The notes below the pieces were generated by a model. The model was given only the letters and a program-made list of their open reading frames with translations. It made no database searches and had not been told where the DNA came from. From assembly GCA_041736175.1 (NCBI GenBank), contig JBGSUI010000240.1:32001-96000 (forward strand): a DNA stretch of 64,000 nucleotides, given 5' to 3'. Positions 50,594-59,677 of this stretch are shown in pieces. Origin of the DNA: Oligoflexales bacterium (GTDB taxonomy: Bacteria > Bdellovibrionota_B > Oligoflexia > Oligoflexales > CAIYRB01). Position numbers and translations under genes: made by a program. Each line of letters starts with the position of its first letter. Within the stretch, counting starts at the first letter, position 1.

Positions 50594-50708
50594 TTATATG
50601 CGAAGCATGGAGGGCACGCTCACTTTTAAGCCAAAAAAACGAGCACTGAGTTTTATTCCCGCTAAAGAGATCCAGGAAACCCCTCGTCCCCTTCCCTCCT
50701 CTTCCTAA
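50594..50708 (+). pseudogene. diverged, internally deleted remnant of the choD 3' end
   Basis: YMRSMEGTLTFKPKK|RALSFIPAKEIQETPRPLPSSS* matches choD at 49053-49098 and 49435-49464. Confidence 0.85.
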
Positions 50709-50719
50709 GGAGTCTACCC

Positions 50720-52153
50720 TTGACCTCAAATCATTTTCCAATGAAAGACTCCCCCAAGGTCGCCATTATTGGTGCCGGATCGAGTGGTATCATTGCCTGC
50801 CAAAAACTCAAGGCCATGAGGATCTCCTACGACTGTTTCGAAAAAGGCAGCTCTGTGGGCGGCAACTGGGTCTACAAAAACGACAATGGCCTATCGGCTG
50901 CCTACCAGTCCCTTCATATCAACACCTCTCGCCGCAAGATGGAGTTTCGCTGTTTTCCGATGCCCTCCCATTATCCCGACTTTCCCCATCATGGGTTGAT
51001 ACGGGACTATTTCGAAAGTTTTGTGGATCATTTTGGCTTGCGCGAGTCGATCACCTTCCAATGTGAAGTAAAAAAAGCTAAGCCCCTCGACCAAAACAAA
51101 TGGCTTTTAGTCCTTGGTGACGGCAACCAGCGGATTTACGATGGACTTATCGTAGCCAACGGTCACCATTGGGACCCGCGGTGGCCTGACCCTGCTTTTC
51201 CAGGTAACTTTTCTGGAATCACCATGCACGCCCATGCCTATTTGAATCCCGACGAACCCCACAACCTCAAGGGTAAACGGGTAGTTGTGTTAGGGTTGGG
51301 CAATTCTGCCATGGATATCGCCTGCGAGTTGGGACAACGGGGCCATGCAGAAAAAGTTTTTTTGGCGGCCCGCAGCGGGGTCCATATCTTACCAAAGTAT
51401 TTTGGTAGCCATCCGGTCGACAGCTTTCTGCGCCATCCCGGAGAAAAGCCTAGTTGGTGGGAGCCTCTCTTGCCAGCGAAGTTGGTCGAAAAAATCGGCT
51501 ACAAAATCCTTAACAGGATCAATCGATTTATGGTTGGCAAACCCGAAGACTATGGCTTGCCCCGCCCCCAACATGAATTCGGTCAAACTCACCCTACTAT
51601 TTCCAGTGAAATCCATATCCGCCTTGGAAGCGGCGATGTGATTCCAAAACCAAATATTAAATCTTTTGATACGGACCACGTGATCTTTGCCGACGGAAGT
51701 CGAGAGAAGGTGGACGCCGTCATCTACGCTACTGGCTACAAGATCAGTTTTCCTTTTTTTGACAGCGCCACTCTTTCCTTTAACGACAACGATCTCCCTC
51801 TTTTTAAGCGGATCTTTAGCCCTAAGCACCCGACCTTGATGTTTCTTGGGCTGGTCCAACCTCTGTGTTCGATCATGCCTATTGCCGAAGTCCAGGCTCA
51901 TCTCCTAAGTCTTTATCTAACGGGTTCTTACCAGCTACCAGAGCGAGATCAAATGGAGAAAATGATGCTTCAGGATCATGAAGCCATGAAAAAACGCTAC
52001 GTGAAATCTCCCCGTCATACCATTCAAATCAATTGCCAGGAATACACCTATGGGCTTGAGCGAGAATTAAAGCGCGGTCTAAAAAGCACTCGCAGGCCAT
52101 ACCTAAACCCCGAATGGACAACTCAACCTAGGGGAACCATCGCCCCTGTATGA
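50720..52153 (+). CDS. flavin-containing monooxygenase (FMO)
   Basis: GAGSSG, GGNW, F.G..MHAH.Y, GLGNSA.DIA and ATGY motifs. Confidence 0.9.
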   Translation: MTSNHFPMKDSPKVAIIGAGSSGIIACQKLKAMRISYDCFEKGSSVGGNWVYKNDNGLSAAYQSLHINTSRRKMEFRCFPMPSHYPDFPHHGLIRDYFESFVDHFGLRESITFQCEVKKAKPLDQNKWLLVLGDGNQRIYDGLIVANGHHWDPRWPDPAFPGNFSGITMHAHAYLNPDEPHNLKGKRVVVLGLGNSAMDIACELGQRGHAEKVFLAARSGVHILPKYFGSHPVDSFLRHPGEKPSWWEPLLPAKLVEKIGYKILNRINRFMVGKPEDYGLPRPQHEFGQTHPTISSEIHIRLGSGDVIPKPNIKSFDTDHVIFADGSREKVDAVIYATGYKISFPFFDSATLSFNDNDLPLFKRIFSPKHPTLMFLGLVQPLCSIMPIAEVQAHLLSLYLTGSYQLPERDQMEKMMLQDHEAMKKRYVKSPRHTIQINCQEYTYGLERELKRGLKSTRRPYLNPEWTTQPRGTIAPV

Positions 52154-53160
52154 GCCTCAAAACTAAATCACTCCAAGAAAATCCCATCCCCCCAAGAACC
52201 TTGGAAACACCGGCGGACCGCAACCGCACGCTTCCCCCAGACCTACAGCGGTTCCTTTGGATCCACAATCTGCTTCCGCCCACGGAGTATTTACCCCTAT
52301 GGCTAAGCCGGTTTTTATTTAACCAACTCGATACCATTTTTGGCGGGACCGCCCCCACCGATATCTCCCAGGAGCGAGTGTTTGTCAGGCGATCACAGCA
52401 GACAAAGTCTTCCCAAAAACCCGGTGACCTCACAGCCATTCATTATGCCTCGACTAATCCAAAATCACGGTCACTGCTTTTTATGCACGGTGGAGGCTTG
52501 GCCTTGGGCAGCCCTTGGTCCCACCGCCGGTTTTGCCAGTGGGTGGCCAAACAGTGCCAATGCCATGTTCTAAGCCTTGACTATCGACGCAGCCCCGAAC
52601 ACCCTTTTCCTGCAGCCCTTGAGGATGCCGAGGAGGCTTGGGAGTGGCTCAGCAGCCACCCTCTTTTTGGCCTTAAAGCCGGCCATACCCTGGGGGTTGC
52701 TGGGGATAGTGCTGGCGGACAACTCGCGGCTTTAGTGAGTGCTCGGACCGCCTCCAAACCTCATTTTCAGGTGTTAATCTATCCGGCCACCGACACCGCA
52801 ATCAACAGTCCTTCGATGGAAAGATTTCAAACGAAATCTCTTTTGACTAAAAGCCTCTATGTTTGGTTCTGCTCCCTCTATAACCCTAACAATAGATGGT
52901 CGCGGGAGCAGGTCACCCCCCAAGATCACCCCATTATAGGCAACCTCCCGCCGACCCTCCTGGCTCTTGCGGAGCACGATATCCTGTTTGATCAGGGATT
53001 GGTTTACGGCAAAACTCTAGATGCTTTAGGCATCCCTGTGGAACTTAGAGTCTATCCTAAACTCATCCATGGCTTTATCAACCTTTTGGGATTACCTTCA
53101 GCCCAAGCCGCAGGATTTGACTTGATCGGTCATATGGAAACAATGTTTACGCCTCTTTGA
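52150..53160 (+). CDS. HSL-family esterase/lipase
   Basis: HGGG, GDSAGG, D.L and HGF motifs. Confidence 0.9.
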   Translation: MSLKTKSLQENPIPPRTLETPADRNRTLPPDLQRFLWIHNLLPPTEYLPLWLSRFLFNQLDTIFGGTAPTDISQERVFVRRSQQTKSSQKPGDLTAIHYASTNPKSRSLLFMHGGGLALGSPWSHRRFCQWVAKQCQCHVLSLDYRRSPEHPFPAALEDAEEAWEWLSSHPLFGLKAGHTLGVAGDSAGGQLAALVSARTASKPHFQVLIYPATDTAINSPSMERFQTKSLLTKSLYVWFCSLYNPNNRWSREQVTPQDHPIIGNLPPTLLALAEHDILFDQGLVYGKTLDALGIPVELRVYPKLIHGFINLLGLPSAQAAGFDLIGHMETMFTPL

Positions 53161-53262
53161 GATCCTCGCGACCGACCAGCAAAATCTTAGATCTTTGTAA
53201 ATATTGGCAAATAGCTGATCTGAGCTAGTCAACCACTTCGCTCTTGACTTTTTTGGAGCAGC

Positions 53263-53646
53263 CTAGGGTCTCCCTGTGCCCTTGACCATTTGTTGAGACT
53301 TGAGGATAAGGTCAAAACTATCGGGCTGGATGGGATCCTCGTGGGCAGCCACATTCTTGGTAAGCTCTCCACAACGCCGGCATTTAAACTCTAGGACCAG
53401 GCCCTTTTGGGAGGTCAACTGATAAGACACCATGTCCATCAGTCCCTGGCATGGATTGGCACGGTCACCCGGGAAACAATCGACATGCTTCGAAACTAAA
53501 CAAAATGGGCAGTGATTTCTACAGCTCGATTTACGGGGCTTAATCCTTAGCCCACAGTTTTCGCAATCAAAGGCCTCGTTGCGGTGGGTAAAATGACCAA
53601 GCTCTTGGCCCTCGGATTTTTTATCGTAAACTCTTTGGTTATTCAA
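53263..53646 (-). CDS. RNHCP domain protein
   Basis: C..C..RNHCP.CL.SKHVD..PGDR..C.G.M. Confidence 0.85.
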   Translation of the reverse strand: MNNQRVYDKKSEGQELGHFTHRNEAFDCENCGLRIKPRKSSCRNHCPFCLVSKHVDCFPGDRANPCQGLMDMVSYQLTSQKGLVLEFKCRRCGELTKNVAAHEDPIQPDSFDLILKSQQMVKGTGRP

Positions 53647-53748
53647 CTAGACGCTCCCGTTGATCCTACGGGAGGCGTCATACCAGAGAACCCACCGACA
53701 GGCCAGAAGTTATTTAAGAGCAACTACGACCTATGGCCTTCGAGGCGG

Positions 53749-55074
53749 TTACTGACGATCAAATGCCCATGCCAGCATTTTTGCAACTAGCTGTTTTGGA
53801 TCAGGTTGTGCCTGTCCAGGAGAAGCTGCCTTGACTTGATTGACCCCAAACTGAGGGTGAATCAAATCGGTGTACAGCTTGCCATCAACAACCCCCATCA
53901 CCATGGGAAACCATGTGAGCTCGCTTGGATTAAGTTTCATGACAAAAGGGGTTTCAAAACCGGAGGCTTGGACACGAAAGGTTCCCTGCACTTCCCGCAC
54001 GATTGTTCTCACAGAATCGTAAATAGGGACTCTTTTCGGAGTTTCTCCCGACCTTAGTTGATAAATTTTTTGCTCTTGAGGCAACCACACCGAAATCAAA
54101 GTTTGGCCATCATCGCGATGATCCGTATTAAAAGTCCCAGATCCAACCAAATTCATCTGATCGCGGCTCGGCCCTGCATAAATTTGCAATTTTTCATCTA
54201 CAATCTGTGTCCTCTCACATTGTTCGCTTACTGCTGGGATTCCCAAAACACGTTCACGCCACTTTTCATAGGGACCCACCACACCTCCCGAACGACAAAA
54301 GCCAAAGTCGTCGAACATGGGACGTGTCCATTCTGTAATTTCGGGCTCATGCAGGTATTTGGCAAATTCTGGTTCTAGCTTCGAAACATAGTCCACCTTC
54401 ATTTGTACCCATCCATAGGTCATCAATAAAGGTGCTGCAGAGGTGTCTGGCAATCCAAAAATATGTCCCAATTCATGTAGTATAGAAAAATAAAAGGTTT
54501 TACCGTCAAGAGTTGCCCAAGTATTTTCTGCAAAAATTTTGGATCCCTCCCAGAGGGGTCCCCGGTCTGATGCCACGTAAACAAAACCAGACCCCCTCAG
54601 GTTGACCCGGTCATAGTTGGTCCGGACCACTTCAGCAATCGTGGTGTCTACGCCCTCGATCCTTTCTTTTTGCTGTGGGCTAAGGCTACCCAATTGAAAC
54701 ACAATACTAGGGTTTTGATCACAGGGGGTTTCCACAAATCTCTGAGTCCCTAACCTAAACGAATTTTGTGGCCCCTTAAATAAAAAAGAATAATCTGTAT
54801 AGTTCCCTTTTTGAAGTTGCTCCGTCCAGAAGGAAAATGCCTCAGCTATATGCAGTCTGACTTGATCGATGGCAAGAGAAAAATCAGTGGCATTGTGGAC
54901 AATACAGTAACCCACCTCATGGGTATTTTCTAAAAACCACGGATTATGTGCATCCTTGAGGATTCGACCTCCACCGCTGCTCCCAGCTCCATCACTAGAG
55001 TCCGCATAGCAAAAGCCACTTTTTATCAACAGCCAAGCAACCACTCCTAAAAACTTTGCATGTTTCAACACCAT
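53749..55074 (-). CDS. secreted metzincin-like metallopeptidase (copy 2)
   Basis: Signal peptide; HELGHIFGLPD; LM turn; paralog of 34160-35317. ATG at 55074 behind AAGGGAG. Confidence 0.75.
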   Translation of the reverse strand: MVLKHAKFLGVVAWLLIKSGFCYADSSDGAGSSGGGRILKDAHNPWFLENTHEVGYCIVHNATDFSLAIDQVRLHIAEAFSFWTEQLQKGNYTDYSFLFKGPQNSFRLGTQRFVETPCDQNPSIVFQLGSLSPQQKERIEGVDTTIAEVVRTNYDRVNLRGSGFVYVASDRGPLWEGSKIFAENTWATLDGKTFYFSILHELGHIFGLPDTSAAPLLMTYGWVQMKVDYVSKLEPEFAKYLHEPEITEWTRPMFDDFGFCRSGGVVGPYEKWRERVLGIPAVSEQCERTQIVDEKLQIYAGPSRDQMNLVGSGTFNTDHRDDGQTLISVWLPQEQKIYQLRSGETPKRVPIYDSVRTIVREVQGTFRVQASGFETPFVMKLNPSELTWFPMVMGVVDGKLYTDLIHPQFGVNQVKAASPGQAQPDPKQLVAKMLAWAFDRQ

Positions 55075-55207
55075 GTGTTTCTCCCTTTTCATGAAAATTT
55101 AATTGAGACTCACGATCCATTCCTTACCTAAAGTTTGCCATGGCATAGACAGCTGGAATAGATTATTTTAATTAAATACGAAGCAAATCATTAACCTGGA
55201 GCTTAAC

Positions 55208-56059
55208 ATGTCCCAACCCCAGGCGATAGAGGCATCGCCCAGCCCATTAAACATCTACAAGTTCAATCATTACAGGCTATTTCTTGTTGAGATGCTTTCG
55301 CGGACCGGACCTACTCGCGGGCGGCGCGCCCAGCTCGCAAGGCATCTCGGTTGTCAGCCGGCCTATATCTCCCAAGTCCTCAAGGGAATCGCTAATCTGT
55401 CCCTAGAACAGGCCCATAAAGTTTCAAAATTTTTGGAGTTAGATCGCCAGGAAACCGGGTTTTTTCTGCTCCTGTTGCAGCACGAGCGGGCTGGGTCCAT
55501 GGACCTCAAGCGCTGGTTTTACGAGGAAATCGAGATGGTCCGTAAAGCGCGTACCGAGATCCGCGAACGTTTGCGCCTTACCTCCGAACTCACTGGTGAA
55601 GAACGTATGGTCTACTACAGCTCGTGGCACTATGCCGCGATTCATGTCATAACCTCAATTCCTCACTACCAAACCCCAGATGCCATCGGTAGACGACTTG
55701 GACTACCAAGGCATTTTGTTCTTCAGTGTCTGCAATTTCTTACACAAGCCAACTTGGTTATTGAAAGTGATGGTCGCTACGAAATCGGTCCTAGGCGCAT
55801 ACATCTCGGTCGAGACTCCCCCCTTATCGCACGTCACCACAGCAACTGGCGCCTACAGAGTCTCCTCGCCATGGATCGACCCAAACCCGAGTCCTTGCAC
55901 TATTCTTCGGTGGTATCCCTTGCCAAGACCGACGTCGATAAGATCAAAGATCTTCTCCTCGATACCCTTTCTCGAAGCGAAAGCATCCTCGCCTCGTCAA
56001 AAGAAGAGGAAGTCTACTGTCTCTGTCTAGATCTGTTTGAATTGAACTCCCGCGACTAA
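55208..56059 (+). CDS. TIGR02147/DUF4423-family HTH protein (copy 2)
   Basis: YRLFL..LARHLGCQPAYISQVLKG, YYSSWHYAAIH, HSNWR and VYCLCLDLF motifs. Confidence 0.85.
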   Translation: MSQPQAIEASPSPLNIYKFNHYRLFLVEMLSRTGPTRGRRAQLARHLGCQPAYISQVLKGIANLSLEQAHKVSKFLELDRQETGFFLLLLQHERAGSMDLKRWFYEEIEMVRKARTEIRERLRLTSELTGEERMVYYSSWHYAAIHVITSIPHYQTPDAIGRRLGLPRHFVLQCLQFLTQANLVIESDGRYEIGPRRIHLGRDSPLIARHHSNWRLQSLLAMDRPKPESLHYSSVVSLAKTDVDKIKDLLLDTLSRSESILASSKEEEVYCLCLDLFELNSRD

Positions 56060-56106
56060 TCTTTAAACAAAACATTTGTTCTCATTTATCACTAGAGTCG
56101 AAGCCG

Positions 56107-56727
56107 CTATTTAAGGGCAGCTACGATTTTTGGTTCGATCGCATCCACCCCGTCCGCCGAGCGAAACCGCGCTAAGACCTTACCATCCTTATTGACTAGG
56201 AATTTTTCAAAATTCCACTGGACAGTTCCCTTATCCGGGGCGAGTTGGCTTAGGGTCTTAAAAAGCGGCTGGGCATCGTCACCTTTGACTTTACCTTTGG
56301 CCATAAGAGGGAACTTTACTCCGTAGTTGACCTCACAAAACTTTGCGATCTCCTTTTCGGTACCAGGGTCTTGGTTAAAATCATCGCTGGGAAATCCTAA
56401 AACCACAAGCCCTTGGGGTTGGTACTTTTGGTAGAGTTGTTGGAGATCTTTGAATTGGGGAGTGTATCCACATTTCGACGCTGTATTGACCACAAGGATC
56501 GTCTTGCCAAGCAACGACTGGGATTTGAAATCTTTGCCGCCGATGGTTTTGAGGGGGATTTGACCCCACTCAACCTTCGAAGCATCCCCCACATGCGTTC
56601 CTTGGGGCGCGGGCGTAGGGGATTTCCCTTCGGCATAAGCCATTGTCCCGTAACCGATACAAGTCGCTAAACTAGCGATCGCCATATACCTGACAAATCC
56701 GACAAAGATATTTTTATTAAATCCCAT
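56107..56727 (-). CDS. exported glutathione peroxidase family protein (Cys-type)
   Basis: NTASKCG, LGFPS and WNFEKFL motifs; N-terminal signal. Confidence 0.9.
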   Translation of the reverse strand: MGFNKNIFVGFVRYMAIASLATCIGYGTMAYAEGKSPTPAPQGTHVGDASKVEWGQIPLKTIGGKDFKSQSLLGKTILVVNTASKCGYTPQFKDLQQLYQKYQPQGLVVLGFPSDDFNQDPGTEKEIAKFCEVNYGVKFPLMAKGKVKGDDAQPLFKTLSQLAPDKGTVQWNFEKFLVNKDGKVLARFRSADGVDAIEPKIVAALK

Positions 56728-56848
56728 CTTGATGCTCCACCCATTTAAATTAAATCCCTTCGACTACCCAACTTCCCATGAGTTGGTGACTGGATTCAGT
56801 TTGGCGGATTGCATTTCTCTTGGCAAGGACCTTCGTCTCTAAAGCTGG

Positions 56849-58135
56849 TCAAGGAGGAGATACTTTTTTAATCTTAACCTTGATTTCTTGGCTGAGATTC
56901 CAACTTAAGACCTCGCTTAACTTGTCTTCTGGAATTTCAATCGACTCTAAATCTTTGAGGGCAACTCCACCATCATACTTAGCTTCGAGGTAACCTAACC
57001 ATTCAGTATCAATCAGATTCCACCAGCGGCTTTTTTGACTTTCCAGACTCCCATGGCCGACAGTCGCCTGGAGTGCCGTGGCAAGTTCGTCTTTTTTGCT
57101 ATTTTTTCGCAGCATATTAATCAAGGTCAAGCGAAACCATTCATCATAATGCTTTGGAGCAATCACCGTTCGCGAGTAAGCAAGTCGCTCTTCAAACCCC
57201 GGGTTAAAGTTTGGCATACTCGCTAGAACCTTTTGATTGCAACTTTCGTAGCATGGATATTTTTCTGGATCTAGGGGAAGATCGGCAAAATTGAAAGCTT
57301 CTGCTTTTTGAGAGCCCACTTTTGATCGAGCTGCTTGACAGGAATTCGATTGGAGTTCTTTGGTGTAAACGGTGCATTTGCATTGGGTTTCACAAACCTT
57401 AATCCGAGCATTCTTCATGAAACTAAACGCACTCGAATAGGTGGCAAAAGTTACTGCGTTTTTAGGGGGCTGCGAGGCTGGCTTGAAACGTAAAATAACT
57501 TCTCCATATTGCGGCCGCCCATCACGAGGCCCCACTGCTGTAAAGACGCACCCAAAAGCACCGTAGAGTGCTTCCTCTTGGGGAGGGGTTACTTTAGCTT
57601 TGATCGTTGGTTGGTTTTCACCAGTTTCCGCCACCGCAAATTGACTCCGTTTGGGGGAGTTTAAAAACCCACTTTCTAAAATCGGCTTTAGCACTTCCAG
57701 ATGTATGCTTTGAGCGGGCTGATCTCCTGAAAGTGTCCCTAAGATTTTTTCGTCCCTAAAAAAAGTAGTTCGATGGGTGTTACCGGGTGGCATCATCAGT
57801 TCTGCCGTTTCGAATAGCTTTTGCTCTGAGTCCGACAAGATCCCCACGCTTTCTGCCAGTTCATTGAGATTTGCCGCAGAAATGACATCAAAAGCTCTTT
57901 GAGGATCTTTTGGTGAAACATTGAGGCCATCTTTTGCAGCAGCCTCGATCAGTGGAAGACCACAGCCATAATAAGTCCCACCTGCCTGGCCTTCACCGAG
58001 CGCTTGGGGGGAATCCGACAACTGGGACCGACTCGATGACCCAGTCGGTTGGCACCCTTGATGCCAAAAAAAGACCGAGAGAGTTAAAAATTTGAATTCT
58101 AAACGATGATTGATTTTTTTCATAATAAACCTCAC
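56849..58135 (-). CDS. hypothetical lipoprotein, possible ADP-ribosyltransferase/DUF3626-like fold
   Basis: QGC lipobox-like; THRT, ILESGFLNS, YGEVILRF and YLEAKYDGGVAL motifs. Confidence 0.5.
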   Translation of the reverse strand: MRFIMKKINHRLEFKFLTLSVFFWHQGCQPTGSSSRSQLSDSPQALGEGQAGGTYYGCGLPLIEAAAKDGLNVSPKDPQRAFDVISAANLNELAESVGILSDSEQKLFETAELMMPPGNTHRTTFFRDEKILGTLSGDQPAQSIHLEVLKPILESGFLNSPKRSQFAVAETGENQPTIKAKVTPPQEEALYGAFGCVFTAVGPRDGRPQYGEVILRFKPASQPPKNAVTFATYSSAFSFMKNARIKVCETQCKCTVYTKELQSNSCQAARSKVGSQKAEAFNFADLPLDPEKYPCYESCNQKVLASMPNFNPGFEERLAYSRTVIAPKHYDEWFRLTLINMLRKNSKKDELATALQATVGHGSLESQKSRWWNLIDTEWLGYLEAKYDGGVALKDLESIEIPEDKLSEVLSWNLSQEIKVKIKKVSPP

Positions 58136-58205
58136 GCTCTCTTGTCCATAGACAACTCTGGCTCAAAGGACAGGAGCCCCCTAAAGCTCCACCTGAGATT
58201 GGCTG

Positions 58206-58221
58206 TGCAACTTTAAGGCCA
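58206..58221 (-). promoter_or_regulatory. sigma54 (-24/-12) promoter
   Basis: Minus strand TGGCCTTAAAGTTGCA: GG-N10-GC with TTGCA. Confidence 0.6.
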
Positions 58222-58311
58222 CTAAAAATAAATATGATTACGGATTGTTAAATACCTAAACTAAGACTAAAAAACAACTTCTTGCTCAAGTTTTAAACGG
58301 TGGCCATAGTT

Positions 58312-59442
58312 TCAATTTAAAGACAGATACCCATGATAGGCAATGACTTCAATCGCCATCCCTAAGTCGTGGGCCGCAGAGATTCTGTGGTGATCCACCA
58401 AATAGACGCTCCAACCTTCTAAAGAGACAGCCGGCACTTCAAGGTTCATCTGTTTCATGTTGGCTTCGGTGATTTCAAACTTTCCATTGTGGTTGGCCCT
58501 AAGAATCGGTGATTTCCGCTTCGCGATAAATTGATTGATTTTGCTCATCAGTACGGACCCTTTCTCGCTCCCAAAAAGATCGACGCTCAGTCTTTCAAGG
58601 TCCTTATCCACCTTAAAGCTAGCAGCCTTATGAGGTTGTACTAGATAAAGGTCTTGAATCGTAGTCTCCTCGTACAGGCCCCGCTTTAGCTCCGAAAGAT
58701 AGCCTCGACGTAGGATTTCCCTCCATAACTTTATGATGTTGTTAAAATTTGTATCCCGACAATATTTAGTGCCTTCAGCACAATGGCTGTCTAGATACGT
58801 AGGATCTTTGTTTAGCAAAGCTCCCCACAAAAAACCGGGATGTAGATCGCCAGCCATTTCCCGGAAATACCATAGGTAATGATTTTGATAACGTTCTTTA
58901 ACACCATCAGGCTGCTTAGGATCACGTTCAGGCCTAAACCCAGAACCTTTAACAAAAATAACTTGGTTTCCATCGACTTCCCTTACTTTGAGGGTGTGCG
59001 CATATTTTGCGTACTGGATCGACACCAATGCTTTTTGGAGATTTTTCGGAATCAATGCTAAATGACAACTAGCTTTTTGGGCCCGGTGGCACACCATAGA
59101 GCGGATCTTTGTGGTCCAAACCTCAAGACTGGGCCTTATCCGCTCGATCTCGGAAGTATTGGAATTGATTCCTTCCCTTTGTACTAAGTCATAAAAAGCC
59201 TGTTCGTTAGTATTTGCCAGGCCCTGGGGGTTTGTCAGCTCCCGGATCCTTTGGCGGATATCACAGGAAGGGCTTCCATTGACTAAGACCGCTGATACCG
59301 AAGGTTCTGTGATGCTCTTTTGGCACGCCATCAAACCTAAAATATGGAGTAAAGTTTCGACAACAAATAGCATTTTAATTTGAGGGCTCAATAAATTCAT
59401 CTTAAACCATGCCTTGGATGATTTGGTAAGGGAAAATGGCAT
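58312..59442 (-). CDS. hypothetical lipoprotein with a C-terminal ParB/Srx-like motif
   Basis: LMAC lipobox-like; VYLVDHHRISAAHDLG. Confidence 0.5.
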   Translation of the reverse strand: MPFSLTKSSKAWFKMNLLSPQIKMLFVVETLLHILGLMACQKSITEPSVSAVLVNGSPSCDIRQRIRELTNPQGLANTNEQAFYDLVQREGINSNTSEIERIRPSLEVWTTKIRSMVCHRAQKASCHLALIPKNLQKALVSIQYAKYAHTLKVREVDGNQVIFVKGSGFRPERDPKQPDGVKERYQNHYLWYFREMAGDLHPGFLWGALLNKDPTYLDSHCAEGTKYCRDTNFNNIIKLWREILRRGYLSELKRGLYEETTIQDLYLVQPHKAASFKVDKDLERLSVDLFGSEKGSVLMSKINQFIAKRKSPILRANHNGKFEITEANMKQMNLEVPAVSLEGWSVYLVDHHRISAAHDLGMAIEVIAYHGYLSLN

Positions 59443-59677
59443 TTCAAATATCTATGTAGCAAAATCCATGCTCGCCGTCAGAGAACCGCCAATTTTTATC
59501 CAAATACCTAATATTATTTAAATATCGATCATTTGAAGTCGATCCACGACTCCCAGGAGTAGTCTAAGAATTTGCCGTCAGATGTTTTTTAAACAATAAA
59601 ATTGTTGGCTTTCAATCGCTCCCCAAATCGATTATAATCAAATCGCTAGTTCCCATAAATTAAAGACAACATAAGAA

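Noticed and set aside
59458..59474. sigma54 promoter upstream of 58312-59442
   Set aside because: Reads AG-N10-GC instead of the invariant GG-N10-GC. A similar near-match at about 50221 has 9-nt spacing.
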